Assembly (NCBI GenBank): GCA_000146465.1
Contig: CP001947.1
Direction: 5' to 3' (one strand)
Length of the DNA: 64,000 nt
In this document: one piece after another, positions 20,184 to 30,446 of the stretch
Position numbering within the stretch: the stretch's first letter is position 1
How the letters are laid out: every line of letters begins with the position of its first letter
Notes under the pieces: generated by a model
Told to the model about the DNA's origin: nothing
Databases searched by the model: none
Seen by the model: the letters and a program-made list of their open reading frames with translations, nothing else
Position numbers and translations under genes: made by a program

Positions 20184-21011
20184 TTACTCTAGACCCTCGC
20201 CGTCTGCAGAAGGTTGTTGGCCTTCAGCATCTTCAGCAGAGCCCTCACCATCATATTCCTGGGTTGTGTTTCTGTCCCCCTCCTTTGGGCTCTCCTTGAT
20301 CTCCTTCTTTTGTATGGCCTTACTTATCAGGGCTGAGGTTCCTTTAAGCTCGCACCCAAGATTACATCTTTCAGAAGCAGTTTCAACAGTCTTCTTAGGT
20401 TCGCATGGCTTGCATTCATCCTTGTTGTCTTGAGGGAATGTTCCCTTTGCTCCAACAAGCTGTCCGATCTGGTTGAAATACATCTCTCTCTTTGGTTGAG
20501 GAAGATTTGCCATTATCTTGGATTTCTTCTTCTTTGGTTTGATAATTGGCTGAAGTCCATAGTCAACATTGACAATTAGAGCAATTAGTTTGTCGCCTCT
20601 ATAGAGCGAGGTGCTATTCTCCACATCCGAGATTCTGTACTTACGCTTGTTCACAGCCTTATCAATTATTCCTGCAAGAATACATCTGTCGGTGCCCTGT
20701 ACAGCTTTTTCTATGCACTGGCCGCTTTCCTTTTGAGGTCCTTTACTGACCTCCTTATTGAATGTTTCTACAGCCTTTTCATTAGCCCTTTCAACCATTG
20801 CTTTTGTTGCCTCTGCATTTCTCTTCTGGCATTCCACCATGTTCCTTCTCATTATTTCAACACCATCTAGTTTCTTGTTAGTGCACCCGTTGGCCATGCC
20901 CCCCATCGGCTGTCCAGGAAGAATCGGAATGGGTGTTGTAGGCTGGGAGACAACACCTGACTGGACTGCTGTAGCGCTAACAAAAGCAACTGCTGAGAGA
21001 AGTAACAACAT
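20184..21011 (-). CDS. PTP2: polar tube protein 2 (PTP2)
   Basis: 275 aa with signal peptide MLLLLSAVAFVSATAV, Lys-rich basic composition and 8 Cys. It sits immediately downstream of, and on the same strand as, the PTP1 homologue, which is the arrangement described for Encephalitozoon PTP1/PTP2. Contains an RGD tripeptide (LYRGDKL). Confidence 0.75.
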   Translation of the reverse strand: MLLLLSAVAFVSATAVQSGVVSQPTTPIPILPGQPMGGMANGCTNKKLDGVEIMRRNMVECQKRNAEATKAMVERANEKAVETFNKEVSKGPQKESGQCIEKAVQGTDRCILAGIIDKAVNKRKYRISDVENSTSLYRGDKLIALIVNVDYGLQPIIKPKKKKSKIMANLPQPKREMYFNQIGQLVGAKGTFPQDNKDECKPCEPKKTVETASERCNLGCELKGTSALISKAIQKKEIKESPKEGDRNTTQEYDGEGSAEDAEGQQPSADGEGLE

Positions 21012-21802
21012 CTTTGGTGATGTGCAAAAGAGATCTTTTATATTTTATTCTGCTGTGCATGTTTCAAAAGCCACGAATTAATTCCGTCCTTTTCTCGCTG
21101 TTAGAAATCTGTGGGGTGCCCGTTTCGACTTGACTCTATGAATGACGAATTAGATCATGAAATTCAAAACATTGTAATGCGACAGAACCTTACAAACCAA
21201 AGGTCCATCTTTCCGGGATATAAAACTACAGGTAACCCATGAAGTAGGACAAAATACCCATTTAAAAGAAATTCCAAAAGTATTCCATTGTAAACCTCGG
21301 TTTGGGATTCTTTTGGTGTTCTAATTATATGTTTGTACCATTTTTATAGAAACAATGCTATGTTAATACTCACGGACAGTAGGGTTATTTTTAAGACAAA
21401 AAGCAGTCTTTAGAAGAGTATACACAAAAAAGCATTGAAAGTTTTAGCAATAAAGGCCATCGGAAATAAAAACCTATCAAATTTGGATTGGAATGATCGG
21501 TTGCTGATTGTTTTATCGATGAGATAGATCTAAGTTAAGAAATCTCTTGAATTTCTAAAAGCAATATTTTAGATTTGTTTCAAAAGAGTTATAGATTAAA
21601 TCAAATGAATTTAATATTTCGAATCATATCAATAATGATTGTTTTTAGAGGGATCTGGAAAACCTATTATTACAAGGGAACCCTTATAGAAGCTTAAGTT
21701 GCCTGAAAAGAGATTAGGAGTGCCTAATATAAAATATTATTTATGGATTTCTTTTATGTCCTCCATCTTATAAAGAAAAAGATTAACTCATTTTATTTTA
21801 GC

Positions 21803-22918
21803 CTAGCATTGTTGTTGGCAGCAAGCGTTGCATGGAGAGTTGAGTGAATTATACATCCCCGGGCTAAGGAGATACTCAGCATTTCCTAGAACAGCAGTTG
21901 GAGTTGGTGCAGCGCATGCTTCCATTCCATACTGTGCTACAGGCTTTTCTTTTGGTTCGCAGGATGATGTTGACTTCTGTGTGTCGATGCAAGGTCCCAA
22001 TTGTCCAAGGGTTGGGGCGTACGCAGTTGAGCTGGGATACCCATTACTGCTGATACCCATAGGAGTTGGCATTACAGGGTTTGTGATTGGAGGAGTGCAG
22101 CAGCATTGCTGTCCAGATTGGCTTTGGCTAACAGAAGGGGTAGGGGTTCCAGAAGTAGCTTGATCCGGCTGGAGGCTTCCAACAGGAACGATTCCCGGCA
22201 AGAATTGCTGTCCAGGGGTGTTTCCGCTACTTTGAGTTCCCTGTACTATTTGGCAAGGAATGGTTCCAGATGAAACAGCGCCTGGTAGCTGCTGGGGGGT
22301 GGAGCTTCCTGTTGTTCCGGGCACCACTTGGCAAGAAGAGGCACTTGGAGAGAGAACATTACCTGTAAGTATTTGCCCGGGAATTGCACTATTGTAGTAG
22401 CCTGGTGCCTGGTTGAATGGAGAAATGATGGTTGCCGGCTGGGCAGAGACGGCCTTTGGAGTAAGGATGGTAACAGCTGCTTGCGGCGTCTGCACAGAAG
22501 CAACAACCAGTGGTGTGGCAATTGTAGCTGCTACTGGCTGAGAGGGGGCCAAAGTCTGTTCCGGTTCGCAAGGTGTTGATGATGTTCCTGGTGCATCACA
22601 ATGCTTTACAACAGCAATCTTGCATGTTCCCACATCCTCTGTAGGAGATGATGTTGGAGAAGTAGGTGTCTCGCTCTCACCAGTTGTGCCTGGCACTGTG
22701 GAAGGCATGGTAGTAGGAGTAGAAGGGACATACATGTTCTGTGGACTGTATCCACAGTTGGCTATTGTCTCTGGTGCACTAGGAACCAGCACATATGACG
22801 GTTGGGTTGTGCCCTGCAGTCCTTGTGTTGAATCTCCACACAGCACAGTTGTAGAATAGACACCCTTCAACTTCATTAGGACAATAGAGGCTGAGAGAAC
22901 CTTAGAAATACCTTTCAT
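21803..22918 (-). CDS. PTP1: polar tube protein 1 (PTP1)
   Basis: 371 aa. The N-terminal 'MKGISKVLSASIVLMKL…' signal is near-identical to what I recall for E. cuniculi PTP1. The central region is P/G/S/T/Q-rich and the C-terminal region is conserved ('…CCTPPITNPVMPTPMGISSNGYPSSTAYAPTLG…MEACAAPTPTAVLGNAEYL…SPCNACCQQQC'). Confidence 0.9.
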   Translation of the reverse strand: MKGISKVLSASIVLMKLKGVYSTTVLCGDSTQGLQGTTQPSYVLVPSAPETIANCGYSPQNMYVPSTPTTMPSTVPGTTGESETPTSPTSSPTEDVGTCKIAVVKHCDAPGTSSTPCEPEQTLAPSQPVAATIATPLVVASVQTPQAAVTILTPKAVSAQPATIISPFNQAPGYYNSAIPGQILTGNVLSPSASSCQVVPGTTGSSTPQQLPGAVSSGTIPCQIVQGTQSSGNTPGQQFLPGIVPVGSLQPDQATSGTPTPSVSQSQSGQQCCCTPPITNPVMPTPMGISSNGYPSSTAYAPTLGQLGPCIDTQKSTSSCEPKEKPVAQYGMEACAAPTPTAVLGNAEYLLSPGMYNSLNSPCNACCQQQC

Positions 22919-23257
22919 TTTGAGTCACTCTCTTTTGGAGATATTTATATTTTTATCTCAAACACCGAGGTTTCAATGTTTCCAATCGAATACCATGATC
23001 CTGTAGAGAGTTTCACTTCTACTTGTATGACCAGCCTCGTGTTCTTTAAAGAATAATTGGCCCTTGAATGAAACAACCTGGTTTTGAAAAATATTCGAGA
23101 GCATTGTATAGGAAATCTGTCTGTCTTGATTTTGTATAAAGTACATCTGATGCTTGTATATATTTGGGGAAGGATTTTTATGTTCCTAGAAGACCAAGTG
23201 TCTTCATATGTCTTTTTCATGCTATATAACAAATGATATCAATTTTAATCCCAAGGT

Positions 23258-23893
23258 ATGAGACCGAATTCAGAGGCTGATGGCTCCGAGAACAAAAGAG
23301 AAGGACTTAAGTACATAACCCAAGCTGTATTTCAGCTGCTCAGAGAGAACAGAGCATGTACATATTCGTTCATATGCAAGAATATTGCATTTCCCAATGC
23401 TGAGACTCTAAACAGAAGAATATACGACGTCTTAAACGTAATGAAAGCAGTGGGCCTTGTTTCCAAGAAAGGTAAAAGATACTTTATAGTGGACCATGAG
23501 AACGATGCCAATAGAAGGAGGGAAGAGGCCAAAAAGCTGATGGAAATGAAGAAAGTGTTTAAGTTTATTGTAAACAGGAATTCAAGCAGAGAAGATACTC
23601 ATCTTGAAAGATTATACTTGCCATTTATGGTTGTAAGCACAAATAAAAAGGCAGACATCCATTGCGAGACCAATGAAGAAAGGAATTTCTTTGTATTTAA
23701 GTCGAGTAAGCCCCTGAAGGTCAACGAAGATCTGGACATACTTCGCGAAATATATGAGAAGGCTCATTCCAGAGAGAGACCAATCGACTTTTCAATAGTG
23801 GACAGGCTAAGCAGCGAAAGATTTGAGAACTTTGAGCAGAACGGTTACCAAAGAGAAGAGCTTGACCTCGATCCGTTCTTTTTAAGCTTCTAA
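23258..23893 (+). CDS. E2F/DP-family winged-helix transcription factor
   Basis: Carries the E2F/DP DNA-binding signature 'RRIYDVLNVMKAVGLVSKKGK…YF'. Confidence 0.6.
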   Translation: MRPNSEADGSENKREGLKYITQAVFQLLRENRACTYSFICKNIAFPNAETLNRRIYDVLNVMKAVGLVSKKGKRYFIVDHENDANRRREEAKKLMEMKKVFKFIVNRNSSREDTHLERLYLPFMVVSTNKKADIHCETNEERNFFVFKSSKPLKVNEDLDILREIYEKAHSRERPIDFSIVDRLSSERFENFEQNGYQREELDLDPFFLSF

Positions 23894-23903
23894 AGCTGTG
23901 TGT

Positions 23904-24275
23904 TTAACTCTCAAATAGAAGATGGGGCTTGAACTTCGAGCATTGGATAGGCATTTCAGGTGAATGAAATGGATTTCTTGTTACATATTTACAGTAATGG
24001 GAATAAACTTTCTCAAAGAGGGAATCCACAGGTTCATCTGCAACAAATACAAACACCATGTTTGTAATTGTTCTAAAGACAGTAATGACTCGGTTTTGGA
24101 GACGGATGGTCTGCTTTGCTGCAGACTTTCCCATTATTCTTGATAATATCACACTTACCGAATACAGAGAGCTTGTTAATATCAAAAGACTGTTGATACT
24201 GGTCTCTCCCTCTCTTTCATATTTGTAGACCATTCCTCCTGATTTGTTTATTATGAAAAACTGCTCCACAAGCAT
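23904..24275 (-). CDS. BET5: TRAPP complex small subunit (Bet5/TRAPPC1, sybindin-like longin fold)
   Basis: 123 aa. The N-terminus 'FFIINKSGGMVYKYE' matches Bet5 'YLFDRNGTCLHYSEW', and the C-terminus 'LFEKVYSHYCKYVTRNPFHSPEMPIQCSKF' aligns with TRAPPC1. Confidence 0.55.
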   Translation of the reverse strand: MLVEQFFIINKSGGMVYKYEREGETSINSLLILTSSLYSVSVILSRIMGKSAAKQTIRLQNRVITVFRTITNMVFVFVADEPVDSLFEKVYSHYCKYVTRNPFHSPEMPIQCSKFKPHLLFES

Positions 24276-24339
24276 AGGGAGGCCAATAGATAGAAAATTA
24301 AACTGGGTCTTAGCTATTCAAAATGAGTAAGGAAAAAGT

Positions 24340-26961
24340 TTATTTGAATTCAAATAACGGTGTTCCGGGATCTGCTCTGGGACTAACACAAATAATGACT
24401 TCAAGCCCTGTATTGTCTTCGATATAGTGCTTATACGACTTCAGAACCTCATACTCGTTGAACTTCATCGAATAGTTCTCTGGATGATTGAGGTAGTCCA
24501 TTGAAAACAAAATCCCTTTTTTCTCGGGAACCCCGAACCCTTTAAGAACTTCCCTTACTGCCTCTATGATCTTTGAGGGAAGTGGGGATTCATTTCTTTT
24601 GATCTCTTCAGAAATATTAATATTCAAAATCTTGCATTCGCAGGCTATCTGATCGACAATCCCCATACATCTTCTCTTCCACTCCGAATACTCCATTCCA
24701 ACCAATATCTCGACAGTTTCACACTTCTTCTTTTTCTTCTGTACTACCAGCCTCTTCAGAGTATTCTTAAGATGCAGGACTCCATCGACCTCTGATGTAT
24801 CTGCCAGGAATGGAACTGGAAGTAAGAAACTCGAATGGAAGTACGTTTCAATCAAATGGCGTGCCAGCGAGGGTATAATCGGATACAGCAATTGCGTCAT
24901 CGTCTTGTAAAGCAAGAACACAATTTCTTCGTTAGTTCCCTTTAGAATATGATACATTTCTTTTGCATGTATCATTTCATAGAACCCGTATTTTACCACA
25001 TCTCTGTACACCATATCTTCATGTGCTCGAATCGCATGGGAGATGTTCATAGAGATAGCCTGTAAAAGAAACTTGTCTGCAAATCCCATACTCTCATAGT
25101 CCTTCATGAGCTTCAGAATGCAGGGATTAAAGTTCTTCCCAATGCACAACTCCTCGATCATCTTTACATATGAATAAAGCTTGAGAGTAAAGGCATTGGC
25201 ATTGGACTCTACGAAGTTTGCATCTTCATTTGTATCTCCACACACTGCTAGGCACATTCTTGTCGAACTTACTCCAAACTTGGCTAGAGATTCATCAACA
25301 GTTAGAAAGTTCCCCGAACTTTTGCTCATCTTCTCAGAATTCAGCATCAAATACCCATTTGTAAATATCCTTCTTGGCCAATGCTTCTTCTCAAACAAGG
25401 CTACGTGATTGAATAAAAAGAAGATTAGATGATTCTTCAGCAAATCCTTTCCACTGACACGAAGATCGACTGGATAGAAGTAGTTGAATGACTTCCTACA
25501 GTTACTTAAGATCTCTTCAAAGGGTAGAAGGTCCTCCTTTATACCTTGATTAAGAAAAATGTAATTCCATACATCACTAGAAAGCTTACTACTTGGAAAT
25601 ATCTCTTCTTTTCCTTCCAGATCTTTATACAGAAAGTGTTTGAAGGTATACATAGCCATGTAGATAGTACTGTCACTGAGCGAGTCAATGAGATATTCAT
25701 TCTCCCAGGGAACTCTTGTTCCCAATCCAAAGGATCTGGAAAATCCCCATTTTCCTATCCATTCAACAGCACTTTCCAAAATCGCCCTTGTATCGTCGGT
25801 ACAGACGATATTAGCAATACATTCTCTGACCTTTTTCTTCCACTCGCTATCGTCATAGTCTATATACCACTGGTCAGTCAGAGCTACAATACATTTTCCT
25901 CCAGACCTACTTATGACTTCTTCCTCGGGTTCATAGAACTTCAGAAGATCCTTCGTTTCTGCGAGATGGGATTCAGTGTTTTCAATCTTGCCGATAAACT
26001 CCATTTCCTTCTTGATATACTTGGACAAGTCAGAATCCTTCTTATCGGGTACTCCCTTAGCAATGCATGGCACATCTCTTTCAATGCAATCGCCTTTTAT
26101 CTTCTCGCCAAAGCATTCGAAATTCTTTTCGCTAAAAAAGTCCCCCGTAACCGATTCCTTTCTAAATACTCCATCAACCTGTGCATCTATGTTTTCGAAA
26201 ATGTCTTTTTCTGCAAAATACTTTGTGTTGTTATATTCAAATCCTACAAAATCACTTCGGCGGCCAATAATAACCTTTGACGGAATCTGTCCTTCCTTGA
26301 AACGTGCAAGAAGAATCCCGTCTTCAAACTTCAGCTTACACAGAACCACACCAACTGGTTTTACATTCTCCCCTTTCCTACGATCATGATCCAGGCATGG
26401 CTGTTTGTCAAGAGGGCAGAATATAGAATGTCTTTTTCCAAAAGACAGATAACCTAGCTCATTCAGTCTGTTGAACTGCCATTTGATAAACGAATCATAG
26501 TACTTGTTAATGTCTGTCGTGATAAACGATCTTCTCCAGTCTATATTGCTGTGGAACCTTTTTAGAGACTTTATACATAATTCTGGAAACGTCCTTACCC
26601 AATGGACAGGGTCTGTGAATGGTCTGGCATCCTCAAATCCAAGATCCTTTATAATGTTCTTTACAGAAAGATCCACGTTCTTCCCATTCAGTTCCTCCTC
26701 AAGCTTCTTTGCAGATGCACTTATCGGCATTCCTGTGCAATGGAATGCAAATGGGAACAGCACGTTGTAACCTTGAAGCTCTTTATAGTAACTAAAAAAA
26801 TCCGCCTTAGACACCGAGAATAGATGACCAAGATGCAACCTTCCGTTCATATAAGGTATTGGAAATGTTACAAAGAACTTTTGTTTCTTAGACACATCAG
26901 GAGTTGTGTCTCTGTCAATCTCAAGGGAATTCAGATACTTCAGCTTAGATTTCTCTTCCAT
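24340..26961 (-). CDS. CDC60: cytoplasmic leucyl-tRNA synthetase
   Basis: 873 aa, class I aaRS with 'HLGH' (PYMNGRLHLGHLFS) and 'KMSKS' motifs. Length and CP1 editing insert are typical of archaeal/eukaryotic LeuRS. Confidence 0.92.
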   Translation of the reverse strand: MEEKSKLKYLNSLEIDRDTTPDVSKKQKFFVTFPIPYMNGRLHLGHLFSVSKADFFSYYKELQGYNVLFPFAFHCTGMPISASAKKLEEELNGKNVDLSVKNIIKDLGFEDARPFTDPVHWVRTFPELCIKSLKRFHSNIDWRRSFITTDINKYYDSFIKWQFNRLNELGYLSFGKRHSIFCPLDKQPCLDHDRRKGENVKPVGVVLCKLKFEDGILLARFKEGQIPSKVIIGRRSDFVGFEYNNTKYFAEKDIFENIDAQVDGVFRKESVTGDFFSEKNFECFGEKIKGDCIERDVPCIAKGVPDKKDSDLSKYIKKEMEFIGKIENTESHLAETKDLLKFYEPEEEVISRSGGKCIVALTDQWYIDYDDSEWKKKVRECIANIVCTDDTRAILESAVEWIGKWGFSRSFGLGTRVPWENEYLIDSLSDSTIYMAMYTFKHFLYKDLEGKEEIFPSSKLSSDVWNYIFLNQGIKEDLLPFEEILSNCRKSFNYFYPVDLRVSGKDLLKNHLIFFLFNHVALFEKKHWPRRIFTNGYLMLNSEKMSKSSGNFLTVDESLAKFGVSSTRMCLAVCGDTNEDANFVESNANAFTLKLYSYVKMIEELCIGKNFNPCILKLMKDYESMGFADKFLLQAISMNISHAIRAHEDMVYRDVVKYGFYEMIHAKEMYHILKGTNEEIVFLLYKTMTQLLYPIIPSLARHLIETYFHSSFLLPVPFLADTSEVDGVLHLKNTLKRLVVQKKKKKCETVEILVGMEYSEWKRRCMGIVDQIACECKILNINISEEIKRNESPLPSKIIEAVREVLKGFGVPEKKGILFSMDYLNHPENYSMKFNEYEVLKSYKHYIEDNTGLEVIICVSPRADPGTPLFEFK

Positions 26962-27354
26962 CTAAAGGGATTATAAAAAAATTGCTTATCCTTTTTGGGT
27001 ACGACTATACTTGTAACCGGCTATTGTCCAAGTCTAATTAATCAGAGTTGCTTTAGTGAATCATATTCGGCCGTTTCTCCTTTTATATTGCATGATTATT
27101 AATTAACGGACTTTGCCGCCCACACATGTTTTATACGGCACTGTTCGTAAATATCATAATATACCATGGATTGTGGCGGAACCTTCTCAAACACTTGTTT
27201 ATCAAGACATCCTCCTTCCCAATAGGCTAGAGAAGAATCAAGAATGATGAAGGAGAGGAAAACGGTCTAATAAATATTTTTGAACTTTAGTATAACGCAC
27301 CAGTCTCTCCCAAAGATCCCGTGACACAAATAAATTAAAGGCTTTTCTAGCCCC

Positions 27355-28068
27355 ATGGACATGGATGACTGCTATTTCTTTCTTTACTCCTCCTGCAAAT
27401 TCAAAGATAGATGTACATATAGGCATAATGAAAAGTGTAGAAACAATCTGGTTACGTGCAAGAATTGGGAGAGTAAGATACCATGCAATGAGGACTGCCC
27501 CTATCGCCATTCAAAGTTCCACTTAAAGAAAAACCGCCGAGAGGAGATGTGCTACTGGGAAGACAAACCCAGAGGATGCACCAAGGACAGATGTGAGTAT
27601 AGGCATACTAATCCCATGAAGGATGCATGGAAAACTGCGGGTCTATCTGAGGAGGCACAGGAGCTGAGTCTAAACACCTCGGGATCCTCGATGTCAGAGC
27701 AACAGGGCCTTGAAGACATCAGATTAAAGGACTACGAAGAAGTGATGAGCATCCAAGAACAGCACACAGACCCAAAGGCAGATACATTGACTGGTACAGA
27801 ATCTCCAAAGAAGATTGGCCAAAAAGAGACTAGTTGCCAAGAAAACTCCACTCTATTACAAGAAAGAAAGAGTGAAGCTACAAACGACACCGAAAAGATA
27901 GAACTTCATAGCAATGTTCTAAAAAATAATTCCGTTGAGGATGTACTAAAATCTCAAAATAAGAGAGTTAAAACAGAAGAAACTCCTAATGTTACGGGAA
28001 AAACCACAGTGAATCTAGAAGAACTAGATAAAGAGATCGAAGAGTTGGACGGAATTCTGATGGATTGA
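27355..28068 (+). CDS. tandem CCCH zinc-finger protein
   Basis: Three to four C-x(5-8)-C-x(4-5)-C-x3-H units in the first 90 aa (e.g. 'CKFKDRCTYRH', 'CNEDCPYRH', 'CTKDRCEYRH'), followed by an acidic/Ser-rich tail. Confidence 0.6.
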   Translation: MDMDDCYFFLYSSCKFKDRCTYRHNEKCRNNLVTCKNWESKIPCNEDCPYRHSKFHLKKNRREEMCYWEDKPRGCTKDRCEYRHTNPMKDAWKTAGLSEEAQELSLNTSGSSMSEQQGLEDIRLKDYEEVMSIQEQHTDPKADTLTGTESPKKIGQKETSCQENSTLLQERKSEATNDTEKIELHSNVLKNNSVEDVLKSQNKRVKTEETPNVTGKTTVNLEELDKEIEELDGILMD

Positions 28069-28274
28069 GCCATTTCAGCAAGTTCATCAAGTCTGGAAAG
28101 GATAAGAGATTCACTGAACTTCTTATGTGATTTTTCTTGAGATCCAATCTTGGCAATAAAGTAACTTAAAGTAACAGAAAACTATCCAATAAAAATAGAT
28201 GGTTTGATTTTTTATTAACCCGATTAGGAAATTATGATTGTAATATTATTAAACTAGAAAAATGGACCCCCATA

Positions 28275-30446
28275 ATGAAAAACTCGAATCTTCAACTTAA
28301 AGATGTTGTTCTTCAAGTTCCTAACCAAGACTTATCTTCTGGAGACCCATTCGCTCTGCTGATCGACGATTTGACTGTTGATTTTCAACCTGGAAAGATG
28401 TATGCCTTCATGGGAACTAGTGGAAGTGGGAAAACCACGACAATGGAAACCATTTCGGCATTAGTTCCAAGTGGATCTAAAACAAGTGGATCGATACTGA
28501 TAGAAGGATTAGAGAGAGATCCCGACCAATGGGGTAGAAACCACGCATATGGAAAGCAAGAGGCATATGGTATGGATAACTTAACACTGGAAGAATTTGT
28601 CTCCTATTCCATCTCGTTTTACTTTCCCGATGAAAGTAAGGAGAATATTAACCAGGTAATGGATACTGTTCTTAACGATGTCCTCAACTTGGGTAGGGTC
28701 AGGAGGAATCAGATGAACCAGCTATCTGGTGGGGAACAAAAAAGAGTGGGCCTTGCAGTAACCTTTGCTAAAATGCTTTTACTTCAAGGACAGTTAAAGG
28801 TGTCCCTTCTTGATGAACCCACTAGTGAGCTTGATTCTGGAATGGCGGTAAAGGTAATAAGATTCCTTAAGGATTACGCCCAAATGACCGGCTCAATAGT
28901 GATTACAACGGTTCATCAACCTGGTCCTGAAGTCTTCAGTACCTTTGACAATCTCCTGTTTCTGCACAAGGGATCAAAGATATATCTAGGACCGGCTGAT
29001 GGATTCATGAACTTCTTGAACTCCAAAGGAATCTACAATCCGGGTTCGGAAAGTTCCAATATGGAATTTCTGTTCAGTCTGTTTACACCGGGGACTAGAG
29101 AGTCTGAGAAATACAAGGACCAGCTTAAAGAAATAGAAAATGAGATCAGGGAAGAGAAGCTAAGAAAAGGAAAAAAGGAAAAAAGAACATTTAGGACATC
29201 AGAAGATACAAAAATCAATTTTGTTCCAAATTTCCACACAGCCCTCCTCTTAGTTAAGAGACAGTTGACTTTAGACTGTTTTAGATCGAAAGAATTTTTA
29301 GTCAGTACGGTCATACTTCTTCTTATTGTAGGGTATTTCCTTTTACAGGGCTTAGCGCTTAAGGGGATACCCTTTCCCTTAACAATGATATTTATTAGCT
29401 TCATACCTTTCTCAAATACAATACTTAATAGAGGTATTCGTTATTCAAAAGAGGAAATGGATAGAAGACTATACGATACTGCAACACTATGGCTCGCAGC
29501 TCTTATTCTAGAACTTATAATGATTTTTATCAGGTGCACCATCGCAGTTGGAATCATGTTTGCCTTTGGTCATATTGGCCTGGAACACTTACCTTTCCTA
29601 TACATCAGCCATATCTTCCTGCTCTTCTTAAATTCCTTACCTGCCATGATGGTTGTCTCCTTGGTAGATACTTCTACAACCATCGGGAAAGTTTTACCAG
29701 GAATTATTCTTGTTGTCCGCTGTTTTAGCATGGTATGTCTCTTTAAAAGTCTGGATTATATACTTAAGACTTTAAGAATTCCATCTCTGATAAGTAAGTT
29801 GATCCAATCAATCCTGAACTTTCCATTTTCAAATTTTTTGCTCAAGATTATTATCTGTCCTCAAGGGTTTCTTTTTCAAAAGATCTTAGAGTACTATGAT
29901 AACGATGCTAAAATTCTCGAAATATTTTCGAATGATTTTCTTCAGAAATGTAAAGCTGATTTATCTAAAGCTTCCGGAGACCAGGTCGATGCCAGTAGTA
30001 CCCTCAGTGGTCTCAAGGAGGCCGCCGAAGAGTTCAAGAAGATCAAAGCCTCTAGTTACCTTCAAGCTAATCCTGAAAATTTCCCTTTTGTTATTTTGGT
30101 GGGTGTGATCTCTTTCATCGTTATTAGCATTATATCTATAATCTTCCTAGATAAAAGATTCTCGCCCTCTGTAAGATTCCAACTATCCGAGGATGAAAAT
30201 AAGGATAAGTCCCTTCAATCAAGATTGAAATCGCTCACCAAGGGATCTTGGCTAAAGCGATTCCTAGTAGTTTTTGGGATGGTTTTAGGAATAACAGCTA
30301 TAGCCCTTATTATTCTCAGGAGTTTCCCTTTCTTAATGAAAAACAAGGAAGGGGGAGGGGGGCAACAGAACAGTCAACCGCAACCGGCCGGGGGGGGGCA
30401 GCAGTCAACAGGAACTAATGGAGGAACTAGCGGTATCAATTATTGA
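28275..30446 (+). CDS. ABC transporter, ABCG/White-type half transporter (NBD-TMD)
   Basis: Walker A 'GTSGSGKTT', ABC signature 'LSGGEQKRVGLA', Walker B 'LLDEPTSELD'; about 6 TM helices follow. The Gly/Gln-rich C-terminal tail is encoded by G-homopolymer tracts. Confidence 0.85.
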   Translation: MKNSNLQLKDVVLQVPNQDLSSGDPFALLIDDLTVDFQPGKMYAFMGTSGSGKTTTMETISALVPSGSKTSGSILIEGLERDPDQWGRNHAYGKQEAYGMDNLTLEEFVSYSISFYFPDESKENINQVMDTVLNDVLNLGRVRRNQMNQLSGGEQKRVGLAVTFAKMLLLQGQLKVSLLDEPTSELDSGMAVKVIRFLKDYAQMTGSIVITTVHQPGPEVFSTFDNLLFLHKGSKIYLGPADGFMNFLNSKGIYNPGSESSNMEFLFSLFTPGTRESEKYKDQLKEIENEIREEKLRKGKKEKRTFRTSEDTKINFVPNFHTALLLVKRQLTLDCFRSKEFLVSTVILLLIVGYFLLQGLALKGIPFPLTMIFISFIPFSNTILNRGIRYSKEEMDRRLYDTATLWLAALILELIMIFIRCTIAVGIMFAFGHIGLEHLPFLYISHIFLLFLNSLPAMMVVSLVDTSTTIGKVLPGIILVVRCFSMVCLFKSLDYILKTLRIPSLISKLIQSILNFPFSNFLLKIIICPQGFLFQKILEYYDNDAKILEIFSNDFLQKCKADLSKASGDQVDASSTLSGLKEAAEEFKKIKASSYLQANPENFPFVILVGVISFIVISIISIIFLDKRFSPSVRFQLSEDENKDKSLQSRLKSLTKGSWLKRFLVVFGMVLGITAIALIILRSFPFLMKNKEGGGGQQNSQPQPAGGGQQSTGTNGGTSGINY
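30350..30392 (+). repeat. G-homopolymer tracts (G5-A-G6 and G9) inside the ABC transporter C-terminal tail
   Basis: 'gaagggggaggggggcaacag…ccgggggggggcagcag' encodes GGGGQQ…AGGGQQ. No other homopolymers longer than 8 nt were noticed in the window. Confidence 0.7.

Noticed and set aside
21828-22859. ORFs on both strands inside PTP1 (111, 91, 83, 60, 79 aa)
   Set aside because: Generated by the repetitive GC-richer Pro/Gly/Ser codons of PTP1. No independent support.
27238-27510. 90-aa minus-strand ORF
   Set aside because: Lies in the LeuRS/CCCH spacer and overlaps the CCCH-finger gene start. Hydrophobic nonsense composition.
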